Position numbers and translations under genes: made by a program. A stretch of DNA of 64,000 nt, taken from positions 4,809 to 68,808 of the forward strand of contig JADZDA010000295.1 of NCBI GenBank assembly GCA_020851255.1, in the 5' to 3' direction. A model generated the notes under the pieces. It ran no database searches, had not been told where the DNA came from, and saw only the letters and a list, made by a program, of their open reading frames with translations. Positions 50,721-61,716 of the stretch are shown here, piece after piece. How positions within the stretch are numbered: position 1 is the first letter of the stretch; every line of letters starts with the position of its first letter. The stretch comes from Burkholderiales bacterium (lineage in GTDB: Bacteria; Pseudomonadota; Gammaproteobacteria; Burkholderiales; Casimicrobiaceae).

Positions 50721-52541
50721 TCAGATCCGGCGCAGCGCGGTCGGCTTGAATCCCAGGCGCAGCGCGCCCCAGCGCCGTCCGCCGACGACGATCGGCATCG
50801 ACAGGTCGTGGAGCACCTCGCCGGTGTCGCGGCGGTAGGTCTGGAGCAGGATGCCCGAGTCGTTCTTCGCCGCCCTCGATCCGGTGCGGTCGTCGAAGAT
50901 CCGCTTGTCGCGCGAGTGGACGAGGTCGACGTCGCGCCGGCCGGTCAGCCGTTGCGAGAACCTGCGGTTGTGCGTCGGCGCGTAGGCGTTGACGTCGACG
51001 GCGAGGCAGAACGCGGCGTCGGGAATCGCCTCGACGAGTTCGTCGTAGAGCGGCTGCAGCTCGGTCTCCGTTATCGCGTCGTACGAAGTCCGGTACTTCG
51101 GCGGATCGGTCTCGGGGACCTTCTGGTAGCGGGTGTCGAAGACGTCGACGCCCCGGTCGGCGAGCGCCGCCAGCCGCTCGGCGACGATGTCGCGCGTGCC
51201 GCGGAACCGCTCGAGCAGCCGCTCGAACGGACCCTCGCCGGTGCGGAAGCGCGCGACCAGCGCCTGGATGCGTTCGGTCGCCTCGGCGAGTTCGTTGGAC
51301 GAGGCCACCGCGCGCGCCATGCCGTCGGACACCTCGGTCGCGAGCGCGTGGATCGACGAGGCATGGCCGTGGATCGCCCCATGCGAGGCTTCGAGCGCCT
51401 GGATGCGACCGTGGATGGTGCCGACCTGGCCCTTCATCTGCTCGAAGCTCTGGACCATGCCCTCGAAGTGATGCGACGAGCGCTCGACCACCTGCCGCGT
51501 GTGCTGGACGTTCTCGCGGATCGTGCTGGTCTCGCGGTGCGTGTTGGCGACCAGCACCGTCATGTTGTTCACGCTGCCGGCGATGACATCGGTCGCCTTC
51601 TTCACCTTCTCGGCCAGCTTGCGGACCTCGTCGGCCACCACGGCGAAGCCGCGGCCGACCTCGCCGGCGCGCGCGGCCTCGATCGCGGCGTTGAGCGCGA
51701 GCAGGTTCGTCTGGTCGGAGATGTCGTTGATCAACCGGACGATCTGCCCGATGTTCTGCGAATTCCGGTCGAGTTCGCCGACCGTGCGCGTGAAATCCTC
51801 GAGGCTCGCGCCGACGCCGTGGATCCGCTGGGTGACGTCGAGGAGCTCGCGGTAGGCGGTATTGGCGACCGCGAGACGGTCGTCGGAGGCCTGCGCGATC
51901 TCGTCGGCGCTGGACGCCACGGCGGACACCGCCGACGACGCCTGCTTGGACTCCTCGAAGATGGTCCCGGCGAGCGCGCACTGCCGCCCGGCCCGCTCGG
52001 CGGCGTCCTTGACCATGCCCGCGACGCTCACGCTCTCGATGGACACGCCGAAGCTCGACTCGCGGGTCTGGTCCACCAGGCCCCGCAGACGGACCTGCAG
52101 GCGGTTGAAGGCGTGCGCGAGCTGCGCCAGCTCGTCCTGCGTCTCCGGCCGGAGTTCCTGCGCGAGATTGCCCTCGCGGCTGCTCATCCGCTCGAGGCTC
52201 TCGGTCGCGTGGCGGATCGGGCGCACGAACAGGTGCCACAGGTACAGACCGACGCCGATCGTGCTGGCGACGGCCGTGAACGCGAGCAAGGAGGCGGCGG
52301 CGAGCGGGCCGGCCAGCTCCGGCGGCGCCGTGCGCCACGCGAGTCCGGTCGCGAGCAACGCCGCTGCGGAGAACGCGAGGGGAACCGCGAGGTTCGCGAC
52401 GAGCTTGCGCGTCAGCGTCCCGAAGAAGGTCCGCTCGATCCGGCGATACAGCGTCGCCGCGTCCACGAGTTCCGGCGGTCCGGCCGCGTCGGCGGGCAAC
52501 GGTTCGATCGCGGCGGGTACGGGGGCGTCGTCACGGGGCAT
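50721..52541 (-). CDS. Methyl-accepting chemotaxis protein lacking a periplasmic sensor, with an extra C-terminal domain
   Basis: TM hairpin, HAMP (TQDELAQL), MA ([36 protein letters not shown]), then a globular domain with YAPTHN, SRDKRIF and YRRDTGE. Confidence 0.9.
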   Translation of the reverse strand: MPRDDAPVPAAIEPLPADAAGPPELVDAATLYRRIERTFFGTLTRKLVANLAVPLAFSAAALLATGLAWRTAPPELAGPLAAASLLAFTAVASTIGVGLYLWHLFVRPIRHATESLERMSSREGNLAQELRPETQDELAQLAHAFNRLQVRLRGLVDQTRESSFGVSIESVSVAGMVKDAAERAGRQCALAGTIFEESKQASSAVSAVASSADEIAQASDDRLAVANTAYRELLDVTQRIHGVGASLEDFTRTVGELDRNSQNIGQIVRLINDISDQTNLLALNAAIEAARAGEVGRGFAVVADEVRKLAEKVKKATDVIAGSVNNMTVLVANTHRETSTIRENVQHTRQVVERSSHHFEGMVQSFEQMKGQVGTIHGRIQALEASHGAIHGHASSIHALATEVSDGMARAVASSNELAEATERIQALVARFRTGEGPFERLLERFRGTRDIVAERLAALADRGVDVFDTRYQKVPETDPPKYRTSYDAITETELQPLYDELVEAIPDAAFCLAVDVNAYAPTHNRRFSQRLTGRRDVDLVHSRDKRIFDDRTGSRAAKNDSGILLQTYRRDTGEVLHDLSMPIVVGGRRWGALRLGFKPTALRRI

Positions 52542-52560
52542 GGCGTCGTCGGCCGCGCTT

Positions 52561-54354
52561 TCACGCGGCCGCCTTGAACGCGTTCGGAGGAAGGATCTCG
52601 GCGAGATCGAGCACGAGCACCAATGTTCCGTCGTTGGCGAGGGTCGCACCGGCGACGCCCCGCGGCTTGTAGGCGTCGAGCGCCTTGATCACGACCTCGT
52701 CCTGGCCGACGAAGCTGTCGACCATCAGAACGACCGACTGGTGGGCGGACTGGATCACGATCCCGATCGCCCCCTCGCCGCGCGGACGGCCGAGGAGCGC
52801 GGCGAGATCGATCAGCGGCAGCACGTCGCCGCGCATCACCACGCTGGGCCGGCCGCCGACGAGCTGGACATCGTCGGGAACGATCCGCACGATCTCGCGC
52901 ACGACCGCGAGCGGGATCGCGTAGGGCTGCGACTCCAGGCGGAACATGAGGACCGGGAGGATCGCGAGCGTGAGCGGCAGCGAGATCGAGATGCAGGTTC
53001 CCCGGCCCGGCGCCGACTCGACGTCGATCGTGCCGTTGAGCTTCTGGATGTTCGTGCGGACCACGTCCATCCCGACGCCGCGTCCGGAGACGCTGCTCGC
53101 CACGTCCTTGGTCGAGAATCCCGGCAGGAAGATCAGGTTGAGCGCGGACTTCGCGTCGAGCGCGGCGGCCTCGTCGTCGCTGATCAGGCCCTTCGCGCGC
53201 GCCTTGGCGACCAGGACGTCGGCGCGGATCCCGCGGCCGTCGTCGGCGACCTCGATCCTGATCGAGTCGCCGATCTGGCGGGCCGACAGACGTACCGTCG
53301 CGCGAGCCGACTTGCCGGCGTCGATCCGCTCCTGCGGTGTGTCGACGCCGTGGTCGATCGCGTTGCGTACGAGGTGGACGAGCGGATCGTTGAGCTCCTC
53401 GAGCATCGTCTTGTCGATCTCGGTCGCCTCGCCCTCGAGGACCAGGTCGACGTCCTTGGCGAGTTGCCGTCCGAGGTCGCGGGCGAGGCGCACGTACTTG
53501 TGGAACACGCGGCCGACCGGCTGCATCCGGGCCTTCATGACCGCGTTCTGCAGGTCGGCGACCAGCATCCCGAGCTGATTGACCACCCGGTCGAGGCTCT
53601 TCAGCGTGTCGCTGCCCGAATCGCCCGAGAGTATCGAGCTGCGCAGGCAGGTCAGGCGGTTCTTGGTGAGTCCCAGCTCGCCGGACAGATTGAGGATCTG
53701 GTCGAACCGCGCGACGTCGATCCGCAGCGCCGCGTCCGCGGCACCGTGGCCTCCGGACACGGCCGCGACCGGCGTCCCGGCGCGCGTCGGCGCAGCGGCC
53801 GCGGGCTTAGCCGGTTCCGGCGCCGCCGGCCTGGGATCGTTCGCCGCGACACTCCTGCCGGTAACGGCCTGCCACATGAGCGTCCAGTCGGGACCGCCGG
53901 GGTCTCGCGGCGCACCGGCCGCGGACGCCACCGCTGCGGAGGCGGGGGTCGGGGGCGGCTCGGCGTCGCCGGCGATCCAGCGATCGAGCGCGGCGAGCGT
54001 CCCGGCGTCCGCGGCTTCGGCGGTGCCCCGCGACTCCAGTTCGCCGAACATCCGCCGCACTTCGGCGGTCGCGGCGAGGATCGCGTCGAGCAGCGTCGCC
54101 GACAGCTTCCGCGAGCCGTTGCGCAGACCGTCGAACAGCGTCTCGGTCCGGTGGCAGACGTCGACCAGCGCGGTCACCTCCATGAAGCCGGCGCCGCCCT
54201 TGATCGTGTGGAAGCCCCGGAAGATGTCGTTGAGCAGCGTCCTGTCGTCCGGCCGCCTCTCGAGATCGACGAGCTTGATGTCGACGCCGTCGAGCAGCTC
54301 CCCGGCTTCCGACAGGAAGTCGTGCAGCAATTCGAGATGTTCGGAACCGGACAT
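52561..54354 (-). CDS. cheA: Chemotaxis histidine kinase CheA (system 2, no obvious P2 domain)
   Basis: P1 [13 protein letters not shown]; P3 [14 protein letters not shown]; P4 [10 protein letters not shown] and [10 protein letters not shown]; P5 EVVIK. Confidence 0.95.
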   Translation of the reverse strand: MSGSEHLELLHDFLSEAGELLDGVDIKLVDLERRPDDRTLLNDIFRGFHTIKGGAGFMEVTALVDVCHRTETLFDGLRNGSRKLSATLLDAILAATAEVRRMFGELESRGTAEAADAGTLAALDRWIAGDAEPPPTPASAAVASAAGAPRDPGGPDWTLMWQAVTGRSVAANDPRPAAPEPAKPAAAAPTRAGTPVAAVSGGHGAADAALRIDVARFDQILNLSGELGLTKNRLTCLRSSILSGDSGSDTLKSLDRVVNQLGMLVADLQNAVMKARMQPVGRVFHKYVRLARDLGRQLAKDVDLVLEGEATEIDKTMLEELNDPLVHLVRNAIDHGVDTPQERIDAGKSARATVRLSARQIGDSIRIEVADDGRGIRADVLVAKARAKGLISDDEAAALDAKSALNLIFLPGFSTKDVASSVSGRGVGMDVVRTNIQKLNGTIDVESAPGRGTCISISLPLTLAILPVLMFRLESQPYAIPLAVVREIVRIVPDDVQLVGGRPSVVMRGDVLPLIDLAALLGRPRGEGAIGIVIQSAHQSVVLMVDSFVGQDEVVIKALDAYKPRGVAGATLANDGTLVLVLDLAEILPPNAFKAAA

Positions 54355-54359
54355 GGCGG

Positions 54360-55088
54360 CTAGAAACCCAGCGATTCGAGCAGCGCGTCGACCTGGGTCT
54401 GGTCGTGGACGCAGTCGGCCGCGGCACGTCCCTTCACATTGGGCCCGGCGAGCGGCCCCCCGTCGCCGCCGCTCTCGCGCCTGGAGTCGACGAGGATGTC
54501 CACCAGGCTCCCCTCGAGCTTGTGCGCGATCTCGGCGATCCGCTTCAGCACCTGGCCGGACAGATCGTGGAAGTCCTGCGCCATCATGATGTCGGTCAGA
54601 TGCCGGCCGGTTTCGCCGGTGCGGGTCGGTACCGTCCCCAGGAACGCCCGCGTGTCGGAGGCCAGCGTCTTGAACTCCTCGACCGAGAGCTCGCCGGCCA
54701 CCAGCCGATCCCAGCGCCCGGTCATCGCCTTCGCGTCGCGCTGGAGGTCCTGCTGCACCTTCTGGCTCACCGCGACGGCCGCCAGGACGCGCTCGGCCGC
54801 CTGGCCGGTCAGCGTCGCGACGTACGCGAGCCGGTCCTGCGCGTCGGGCAGCGAGTTCGCCGCGCTGGCGATCTTGCGGTCGTAGCCCAGGTCGCGCAGC
54901 GCGTCGTGCAGCGTGCGGGTGAGGTGCCCGATCCGTTCGTGGATCGTTTCCGGGTCGTGCGCGGGCGGTGCCGCGGCCGGCGCGGACGCCGCCGGCGGGG
55001 CCGCGGCCTCCGTCGCCGCCCGTTCGGCGGAAACGCGCTCGAACAGCGCTTCCAGGTCCTCGTCGTCGGCGACTGCGATCGTGCTCAT
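54360..55088 (-). CDS. cheZ: CheY-P phosphatase CheZ
   Basis: IGHLTRTLHD, PDAQDRL, IMMAQDFHDLSGQV, C-terminal QVDALLESLGF. Confidence 0.95.
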   Translation of the reverse strand: MSTIAVADDEDLEALFERVSAERAATEAAAPPAASAPAAAPPAHDPETIHERIGHLTRTLHDALRDLGYDRKIASAANSLPDAQDRLAYVATLTGQAAERVLAAVAVSQKVQQDLQRDAKAMTGRWDRLVAGELSVEEFKTLASDTRAFLGTVPTRTGETGRHLTDIMMAQDFHDLSGQVLKRIAEIAHKLEGSLVDILVDSRRESGGDGGPLAGPNVKGRAAADCVHDQTQVDALLESLGF

Positions 55089-55105
55089 GTCGGAATCTCC
55101 GCGGG

Positions 55106-55498
55106 TCAGGCCGGCTGCAGCTTCGCGACGATCTTGGCCATCTTCTCCTCGAGCGTGGCCTTGGTGAACGGCTTGACGATGTAGCCGTTCGCCCCGGCCT
55201 GCGCGGCGGTGATGATGTCCTCCTTCTTCGCCTCCGCGGTCACCAGCAGCACCGGCAGCGCCTTGAGCGCGGGGTCGGCGCGGATCTGGCGCAGGAGCTC
55301 GAAGCCGTTCATGTTCGGCATGTTGACGTCGGTCACGACGAAGTCGAACTTGCTGCCGCGCAGCTTGGTGAGCGCGACGTCGCCGTCCTCGGCCTCGTCG
55401 GCGGTCACGTAGCCGATCTCCTTGAGCAGATTGCGGATGATCCGGCGCATCGTCGAGAAGTCGTCGACGATCAGTATCTTGATCTCTGCGGGGTTCAT
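55106..55498 (-). CDS. cheY: Chemotaxis response regulator CheY (motor-binding type)
   Basis: [22 protein letters not shown] and [11 protein letters not shown]; adjacent to cheZ. Confidence 0.96.
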   Translation of the reverse strand: MNPAEIKILIVDDFSTMRRIIRNLLKEIGYVTADEAEDGDVALTKLRGSKFDFVVTDVNMPNMNGFELLRQIRADPALKALPVLLVTAEAKKEDIITAAQAGANGYIVKPFTKATLEEKMAKIVAKLQPA

Positions 55499-56442
55499 GC
55501 GGCCTTCTCCCGGACGTCCAGCATCCCGACGATCGTGTTGGCCAGGTGCTCGACGTTGAACTTGCCGACGTAGGCGTCGACGCCCGCGGTCTGTCCCATC
55601 TTGCGGTTGGCGACCGACGACAGCGACGAGTGCATCACGACCGGAATGCCCTCGAAGCGGGCGTCGTCCTTGATGTGGCGGGTCAGCACGTAGCCGTCCA
55701 TTTCCGGCATCTCGGCGTCGACGAGTACGAGTCCCAGCGACGCGGCGAGCGGCACCTTGTCGCGCTGCGCCTGCGTGGCGAGCGCGACGAGCTTGTTCCA
55801 GGCCTCGCGGCCGTTGGTCGACTGCTGGTGCGGCAGCCCCAGGCGCTCGAGCACCGAGGCGATTTTGCGGCGCGCGAACGCCGAGTCGTCGACGAAGAAG
55901 ACGGCCCTCGCATGCTCGGGGGCGACCGGGGTCAGGTGCGCCTCCGGCTCGTCGCCGAACGTGTCGTGGAGGATCTGCTCGACGTCGAGGATCGACACCA
56001 GCCGGCCTTCCGGGAGCTCGGTGATCGCCGTCACCAGCGTCGAGCCCTGCGTGAGCAGGCCCTGCGGCGCCCGGACCTGTTCCCAGTCGACGCGGACGAT
56101 CCGGTCGACGTCGGCGACCCGGAACGCCTGCGTGTGGTTCGAGAATTCGGTGATGATGAGCTTTCCTGGACCCTCGCACGAGGTGCCGGCGCGCACGAAC
56201 GTCGCCAGGTCGACGACCGGGATGATCGCGCCACGCAACGAGATGATCCCCTCGACGCCGGCGGGCATGTTCGGCGTGCGGGTGATCTCCGGCGCCTCGC
56301 AGACTTCGCGGACCTTGAAGACGTTGATGCCGAAGCACTCCTTGCCGCCGAGCGAGAAGAGCAGCAGCTCCATCTTGTTGGACCCGACCATCTTCGTCTT
56401 CTGGTCGACCATCGTCAGCAACGAGTTCTCGTGCGTGGGCAT
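55495..56442 (-). CDS. cheV: CheV (CheW-REC)
   Basis: [19 protein letters not shown] and LRG; REC with [14 protein letters not shown] and HSSLS. Confidence 0.93.
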   Translation of the reverse strand: MPTHENSLLTMVDQKTKMVGSNKMELLLFSLGGKECFGINVFKVREVCEAPEITRTPNMPAGVEGIISLRGAIIPVVDLATFVRAGTSCEGPGKLIITEFSNHTQAFRVADVDRIVRVDWEQVRAPQGLLTQGSTLVTAITELPEGRLVSILDVEQILHDTFGDEPEAHLTPVAPEHARAVFFVDDSAFARRKIASVLERLGLPHQQSTNGREAWNKLVALATQAQRDKVPLAASLGLVLVDAEMPEMDGYVLTRHIKDDARFEGIPVVMHSSLSSVANRKMGQTAGVDAYVGKFNVEHLANTIVGMLDVREKAA

Positions 56443-56459
56443 GGTGTCTCCCGGAGCGT

Positions 56460-57446
56460 TCAGCGGGTTCCCGCCGCGGCGGCCGGACCGGCCCCGTCGG
56501 ATGGGGGGGGGATCGGGGTGGCGGCAGCGCGGCCGTCCACGACGGGAACCGCTTCCTGGACCTCGGCCGGGGGCGTTGCCGATCCCTCGTCGAGGATGTG
56601 TCTTTCGGCGCTGGGCCTCAGCACGGTGATCGAGATCCGCCGGTTGGTCGGATCGGTGGGGTCGTCGGTCTTGAGCGGAATCGCGGCGGCCAGTCCGACG
56701 ACGCGGACCAGCTTCGATTCGGCGATGCCGCCGGCGACCAGCTCGCGGCGTGACGCGTTCGCGCGGTCGGCGGAGAGCTCCCAGTTGCTGTAGCCGCGCT
56801 CGCCGCCGGCGTAGGACTTCGAATCGGTGTGGCCGGCGAGCGAAATCCGGTTGGGGATGTCGTTCATCAGGCCGCCCAGTTCCCGCAGGATGTCGCGCGC
56901 GTAATCCTTGAGCAACGCGCTGCCGCTGTCGAACATCGGCCGGTTCTGGTCATCGACGATCTGGATACGCAGGCCCTCGGGCGTCAGGTCGAGCTTGAGC
57001 TGGTGGCGGAAATTGCGCAGCACGGCGCGCGCCTCGATCGCCGCCTCGAGCCGACCCTTGAGATCGACGAGGCGCTGGCGCTCGATGCGCTCGACCTCGG
57101 CCTGGGCGGCCTTGAGGTTCACGATCTTCTTCTCGGTCGGCAGTTCGCCTTCCTTGCGCTGCCCGACCGAGCGCGTGAGATCCTGGCCGCCGCCCTTGAT
57201 CACCGACGAGCTGTCCCCGCTGCCGCTGCCGCCGGCGAGCGCGACCTTGAGCGGCGTCTTGAAGTACTCGGAGATTCCCTGCAGATCGGCCTTGGTGGTC
57301 GAACCCAGAAGCCACATGAGCAGGAAGAACGCCATCATCGCGGTGACGAAGTCCGCGTAGGCGATCTTCCAGGCGGCCCCGTGCGCCCCGCCGGAGATCT
57401 TCTTTATCCGCCGGACGATGATGACCGGTTTGTCTTCGCCGCTCAT
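56460..57446 (-). CDS. motB: Stator protein MotB
   Basis: [39 protein letters not shown] and NRRISI. Confidence 0.96.
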   Translation of the reverse strand: MSGEDKPVIIVRRIKKISGGAHGAAWKIAYADFVTAMMAFFLLMWLLGSTTKADLQGISEYFKTPLKVALAGGSGSGDSSSVIKGGGQDLTRSVGQRKEGELPTEKKIVNLKAAQAEVERIERQRLVDLKGRLEAAIEARAVLRNFRHQLKLDLTPEGLRIQIVDDQNRPMFDSGSALLKDYARDILRELGGLMNDIPNRISLAGHTDSKSYAGGERGYSNWELSADRANASRRELVAGGIAESKLVRVVGLAAAIPLKTDDPTDPTNRRISITVLRPSAERHILDEGSATPPAEVQEAVPVVDGRAAATPIPPPSDGAGPAAAAGTR

Positions 57447-57482
57447 CGCTGTCTTCCCGTCACGCGCGCGCCGGGGCCGGCG

Positions 57483-58340
57483 TCACGCCCTCGCGCCCTT
57501 CACGTGGCCCTCGAGCTCGGCGAAGCTCGGGCGGTCGCTCGAATAGAGCACCTTGCGGCCGAATTCGATCGCGATCGCCGGCGCGTAGCCGTTCAGTTGC
57601 GCGAGCAGCGTCGCCTTGATGCAATGCAGGATCTTGGTCGACTCGGCGACGCGCTGCTCGAGCAGGCCGGCGAGCGGCCCGACGATCCCGTAGGAGAGCA
57701 GGATGCCGAGGAACGTGCCGACCAGCGCCGCGGCGATCAGCTTGCCCAGCTCGGCGGGCGGCAGGCCGACCGACTCCATCGTGTGGACCACCCCCATCAC
57801 CGCGGCGACGATGCCGAACGCCGGCAGCCCGTCCGCGATCTTCTGGATCGCGTGCGCGGGCACCTCGGCCTCGTGGTGGTGCGTGTCGATCTCGTGCTCC
57901 ATCAGCGCCTCGATCTCGAAGGCGTTCATGTTCCCGCTGACCATGAGGCGCAGGTAGTCGGTCAGGAACTCGACCAGATGGTGGTCGGCGGCGACCTTCG
58001 GATACTTCTGGAACAGCGCGCTCTCGTCGGGATTCTCGATGTCGCGCTCGATCGACATGAGCCCCTCCTTGCGGACCTTGTTCAGCAGGTCGTAGAGCAG
58101 GCTCATGAGCTCCATGGCCATCGCCTTGTCGTAGCGCGACCCCTTGAAGCAGGTCGGCAGGGCCGCGAACGTCGCCTTCACCGTCTTCATCGGGTTGCCG
58201 ACGATGAACGCGCCCAGCGCGGCGCCGACGATGATGACGACCTCGGTCGGCTGGTAGATGGATCCCAGATGGCCGCCGGCCATGGCGAACCCGCCCAGCA
58301 CCGACCCGATCACGATCACGTACCCGACCAGCACCAGCAT
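57483..58340 (-). CDS. motA: Stator protein MotA
   Basis: QPTE, RKEGLMSIE, LPAFGIVAAV, ALVGTFLG and EFGRK. Confidence 0.96.
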   Translation of the reverse strand: MLVLVGYVIVIGSVLGGFAMAGGHLGSIYQPTEVVIIVGAALGAFIVGNPMKTVKATFAALPTCFKGSRYDKAMAMELMSLLYDLLNKVRKEGLMSIERDIENPDESALFQKYPKVAADHHLVEFLTDYLRLMVSGNMNAFEIEALMEHEIDTHHHEAEVPAHAIQKIADGLPAFGIVAAVMGVVHTMESVGLPPAELGKLIAAALVGTFLGILLSYGIVGPLAGLLEQRVAESTKILHCIKATLLAQLNGYAPAIAIEFGRKVLYSSDRPSFAELEGHVKGARA

Positions 58341-58407
58341 CGCGAGCCCCCACCCGTTGGTCCCCGGCCGCGTCCCGTCCGAACGGTCACGCGGTCGCCA
58401 TGAGCGG

Positions 58408-58435
58408 TTTTCGGCAGCCCGGTTCCCGATCTTGA
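58408..58435 (-). promoter_or_regulatory. Sigma28-type promoter of motAB-cheVYZA
   Basis: Minus strand TCAAG-N15-GCCGAAAA upstream of motA. Confidence 0.65.
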
Positions 58436-58578
58436 GGGTCGTCGCGGGTTTCCCGCGCTTTTTCCGGTCGGATCGGGAGGCCGGGCGCCCGACCGGCGCC
58501 GGAACCGGCCCGCGAACCGCCCGTCACCGTGCGCGGACCCGCCCGCGCCCCGGGACCGACCCTGCCGGGATCGGGAAC

Positions 58579-59112
58579 TCAGGCGGCGGCGAGGGCGGCC
58601 GCGCGTGTCTTGCCCGCGCGCGCCGGGACGTCGCACAACCCGCACACGTAGTGGCGCGTCAGGTCCCCTTCGCGGACGATGTAGTGTCCCGCGCAGCGCG
58701 TGCACGGCGTCAGCTTGAGCATCCCCGCCTCGACGAACTTGAGCAGCCGCCAGGCCCGGGTGATCGACAGCGCGGGGTCGAGCTCCTGGGCCGCGCAGTG
58801 CTCGAGGTAGAGCCGGTAGGTCCGCACGAGCGCGTCGGCGCGATCGAGCTTCGTGCAGGCCGCGAGCCGCCGGTGGATGTTCACGAGCAGCGACGCGTGG
58901 ATGTTGGGCATCCAGGTCACGAACCAGTCGGTCGAGAACGGCAGCATGCCCTTGGGCGGCGAACAGCCCTTGAGCTCCTTGTAGAGCTTGAGCAGCCGCT
59001 CGCGCGACAGCCGGGTCTCGGCCTCCAGCACCTGCAGCCGGGCGCCCAGCGCGATCAGCGCGCTCGCGCGGGAGACTTCGTTCGCATCGTCGACGACACT
59101 CGCCAGCCTCAC
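58579..59112 (-). CDS. flhC: Flagellar master regulator FlhC
   Basis: LGARLQVLE, PPKGMLPFSTDWF, NIHAS, zinc ligands CTRC..CGLC; GTG start with GGAGG. Confidence 0.95.
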   Translation of the reverse strand: MRLASVVDDANEVSRASALIALGARLQVLEAETRLSRERLLKLYKELKGCSPPKGMLPFSTDWFVTWMPNIHASLLVNIHRRLAACTKLDRADALVRTYRLYLEHCAAQELDPALSITRAWRLLKFVEAGMLKLTPCTRCAGHYIVREGDLTRHYVCGLCDVPARAGKTRAAALAAA

Positions 59113-59123
59113 GGTCGCCTCCG

Positions 59124-59438
59124 CTACGCGGCTACGGCGAGCGCCGAGTTCATGACGATGGCCGCGTGCGCGCCGGCCACGCCCCGGTCGCGCGAGTGGC
59201 TCGCGAGCAGGTCCCAGACCATCCGGTCGTCGCAGCGGAACCGGCACATGACCTGGCTCGACCCGGCGACGCGCAGGAGCTGCGAGGTCGTCATCTGGTC
59301 GATGATCCCGGCGACCTCCTCGCCGATCCCCAGCCGGTAGAGGGCCTCCGCCCGGTCGGTGCGCAGCAGGCGCTGGGCGAGCAGCAGGTAGGAGAGGTTG
59401 GCTTCGCGGATCTCGTCGAGCAGCGTGTCGTCCTTCAT
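59124..59438 (-). CDS. flhD: Flagellar master regulator FlhD
   Basis: IREANLSYLLLAQRL, ALYRLGI, CRFR and HAAI. Confidence 0.95.
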   Translation of the reverse strand: MKDDTLLDEIREANLSYLLLAQRLLRTDRAEALYRLGIGEEVAGIIDQMTTSQLLRVAGSSQVMCRFRCDDRMVWDLLASHSRDRGVAGAHAAIVMNSALAVAA

Positions 59439-59991
59439 GATCGTTCCCCCATCGTCGGTTCGTGACGGTTCGCATCATCGGCTGAACAACGCCACCTCAA
59501 CAGAAGCCGTCGCCGCGACGACCGGCGAGGGGCTCGCGGTCAGGAATGTCGGTGCGCCGCCGACACGTTATGGCGATGGCATGAATCTGACCGGCAGCGT
59601 CGGTCGCTGACCCAAAGGCGCAGGGAACGGGGCCGTACGAGGGAGCGGACGACGCCCGAGTCCCGCGCGGCCGCGCCGACTGACGATTTTCGTCGTCCGT
59701 TGCCGGCTACTCGCCGTTCACTACAAGGTGTCACACGGCTGTCTCCGCCGATTCGATGGGGCTGCGCCGCGCGTCCCCGGGCGCGCGCCCCCTGGAACCG
59801 CTCGCGGTTCGATGGGTCCGGGGAGGCATCGGCGGGTATCCGACCGCCCCGCCCGGGGCCGGTGCCCTCGGGCGCGGACGCCGAACTGGCGGGCAATGTG
59901 CCCGTTCCTCGCCCGATCGCCGGTCCGCTCGCGACCCTACGCTGGCGACGTGTTGGCAGACGGGTCCCCGGGCCGCGCTCCGCCGCGAAGC

Positions 59992-60019
59992 TCAAGTTCG
60001 CGCGAAGACCGTCCGATAA
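59992..60019 (+). promoter_or_regulatory. Sigma28-type promoter of fliC
   Basis: TCAAG-N15-TCCGATAA about 90 bp upstream of fliC; strong RBS CAGGAGA. Confidence 0.8.
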
Positions 60020-60109
60020 CGCCTCTGACGGCGGTGCACAAGCCTCCGGGTCGAGGCACCCATCGTCGGCCGGCAACAGGGCCGGATCCCTCTTACAGGA
60101 GATACGAAA

Positions 60110-61279
60110 ATGCCTCAGATCATCAACACCAACATCGCGTCGCTGAACGCTCAGCGGAACCTCAACGCGTCGCAAACCGCGCTCAACGTGTCGCTGCAGC
60201 GCCTGTCCTCGGGCCTGCGCATCAACAGCGCGAAGGACGACGCGGCCGGCCTCGCCATCGCCGAGCGCTTCACCGCCCAGGTCCGCGGCCTGAACCAGGC
60301 GGCGCGCAACGCCAATGACGGCATCTCCCTCGCGCAGACCGCCGAAGGCGCGCTCGCCGAGATCGGTTCGAACCTCCAGCGGATCCGCGAACTGGCCGTG
60401 CAGTCGTCGAACGCGACCAACAGCAACTCCGACCGCACCGCGCTGCAGACCGAAGTCACGCAGCTCCTCAACGAAATCGACCGCGTCGCCGACCAGACCG
60501 CCTTCAACGGCGTCAAGCTGATCGACGGCTCGTTCTCGGGCGCCGTGTTCCAGGTCGGCGCGAACGCCGGCGAGTCGATCACCGTCACCTCGATCACCGA
60601 CGCGAACGTCGCCGCGCTGGGCTCGGTGTCGCAGGCCACCGGCGCCGCGCTGTCGATCGCCGCGTCCTCGCTGACCGGATTCGGCACCGCGATCGCCTCG
60701 GGCGGGGTCACGATCACCGGCTCGGGCGGCCCGATCAACATCGGTGCGATCGGCGCGGCCTCGTCCATCGCCGAGCGCGCCGGCCAATTGGTCAACGCGA
60801 TCAACAACGTCTCGGCGCAGACCGGTGTCGGCGCCTCGTACAACACGGCGACCGGCCAGGTCAGCCTGGTGAGCGCGACCGCGGTGACGTTCGCGGGCAC
60901 GACCAACGACGCGACGATCGCCGGCTGGGCGAACGGCTCGGTGGGCTCGGTCACGACGACGACCGGCATCGGCAGCCTGTCGGTGTCGAGCTACGCCGCG
61001 GCCCAGCTCGCGATCCAGCAGGTCGACAGCTCGCTCGGGACGGTCAACAGCGCCCGCGCGACCCTGGGCGCCGTGCAGAACCGCTTCCAGTCGGTGGTGA
61101 CCAACCTGCAGACGGCCAGCGAGAACCTGTCGGCGTCGCGCAGCCGGATCCAGGACGCGGACTTCGCGAGCGAAACCGCGAGCCTCACCCGCGCCCAGAT
61201 CCTGCAGCAGGCCGGCACCGCGATGCTCGCGCAGGCGAACGCGCTGCCCAACAACGTCCTGACGCTCCTCCGGGGTTGA
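60110..61279 (+). CDS. fliC: Flagellin
   Basis: [43 protein letters not shown] and SRIQDADFA. Confidence 0.98.
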   Translation: MPQIINTNIASLNAQRNLNASQTALNVSLQRLSSGLRINSAKDDAAGLAIAERFTAQVRGLNQAARNANDGISLAQTAEGALAEIGSNLQRIRELAVQSSNATNSNSDRTALQTEVTQLLNEIDRVADQTAFNGVKLIDGSFSGAVFQVGANAGESITVTSITDANVAALGSVSQATGAALSIAASSLTGFGTAIASGGVTITGSGGPINIGAIGAASSIAERAGQLVNAINNVSAQTGVGASYNTATGQVSLVSATAVTFAGTTNDATIAGWANGSVGSVTTTTGIGSLSVSSYAAAQLAIQQVDSSLGTVNSARATLGAVQNRFQSVVTNLQTASENLSASRSRIQDADFASETASLTRAQILQQAGTAMLAQANALPNNVLTLLRG

Positions 61280-61294
61280 CGGCGTCGCAACGAA

Positions 61295-61317
61295 CCCGGC
61301 CGGCTCCGCCGGCCGGG
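61295..61317 (+). terminator. GC-rich hairpin after fliC (terminator or mRNA-stabilising stem)
   Basis: cccggccggc-tcc-gccggccggg, a perfect 10-bp stem; no U-tract. Confidence 0.35.
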
Positions 61318-61352
61318 CGCTCCAGGGCCGCTAGGGCCCGCGAGGTATCGCC

Positions 61353-61694
61353 GTGACTACGCTGCGGTCGCTCGACCATCTCGTGCCCCCTGCCGCGACT
61401 GCGGCCGAGGGCGCGTCCGCATCATCCGCGCCGCGTGCGGCGGTGCAGGCCGTACCCCACCCCGCGCCGCAGCGCGAGGCGGTGCAGGCGTCGATCGCGC
61501 GTGCCAATCGCGCGCTGGCCGAACTCGCGCCCGCGCTCGACTTCCAGATCGACCCCGAACTCAACCGGGTCGTGATCCGCCTGGTCGACCGTCAGGACCA
61601 CCGGGTGCTGCGCCAGGTCCCGTCCGAGGAGATGCTCGCCATCGCCCGCGCGCTCGACCGCATGCGCGGCATGCTCGTCAACCAGCGCGCCTGA
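61353..61694 (+). CDS. flaG: FlaG family protein
   Basis: LDFQID, VVIRLVD..VLRQVPSEEML; lies between fliC and fliD. Confidence 0.88.
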   Translation: MTTLRSLDHLVPPAATAAEGASASSAPRAAVQAVPHPAPQREAVQASIARANRALAELAPALDFQIDPELNRVVIRLVDRQDHRVLRQVPSEEMLAIARALDRMRGMLVNQRA

Positions 61695-61716
61695 TCGCAA
61701 CCTCCGCGGAGCGCCA

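Noticed and set aside
59585-59710. Possible c-di-GMP-I riboswitch upstream of flhD (GGCAAC..GAAA hairpin on the minus strand)
   Set aside because: The conserved GGCAAA and GxCGCAAA elements and the second stem are not properly matched; a covariance-model hit would be needed.
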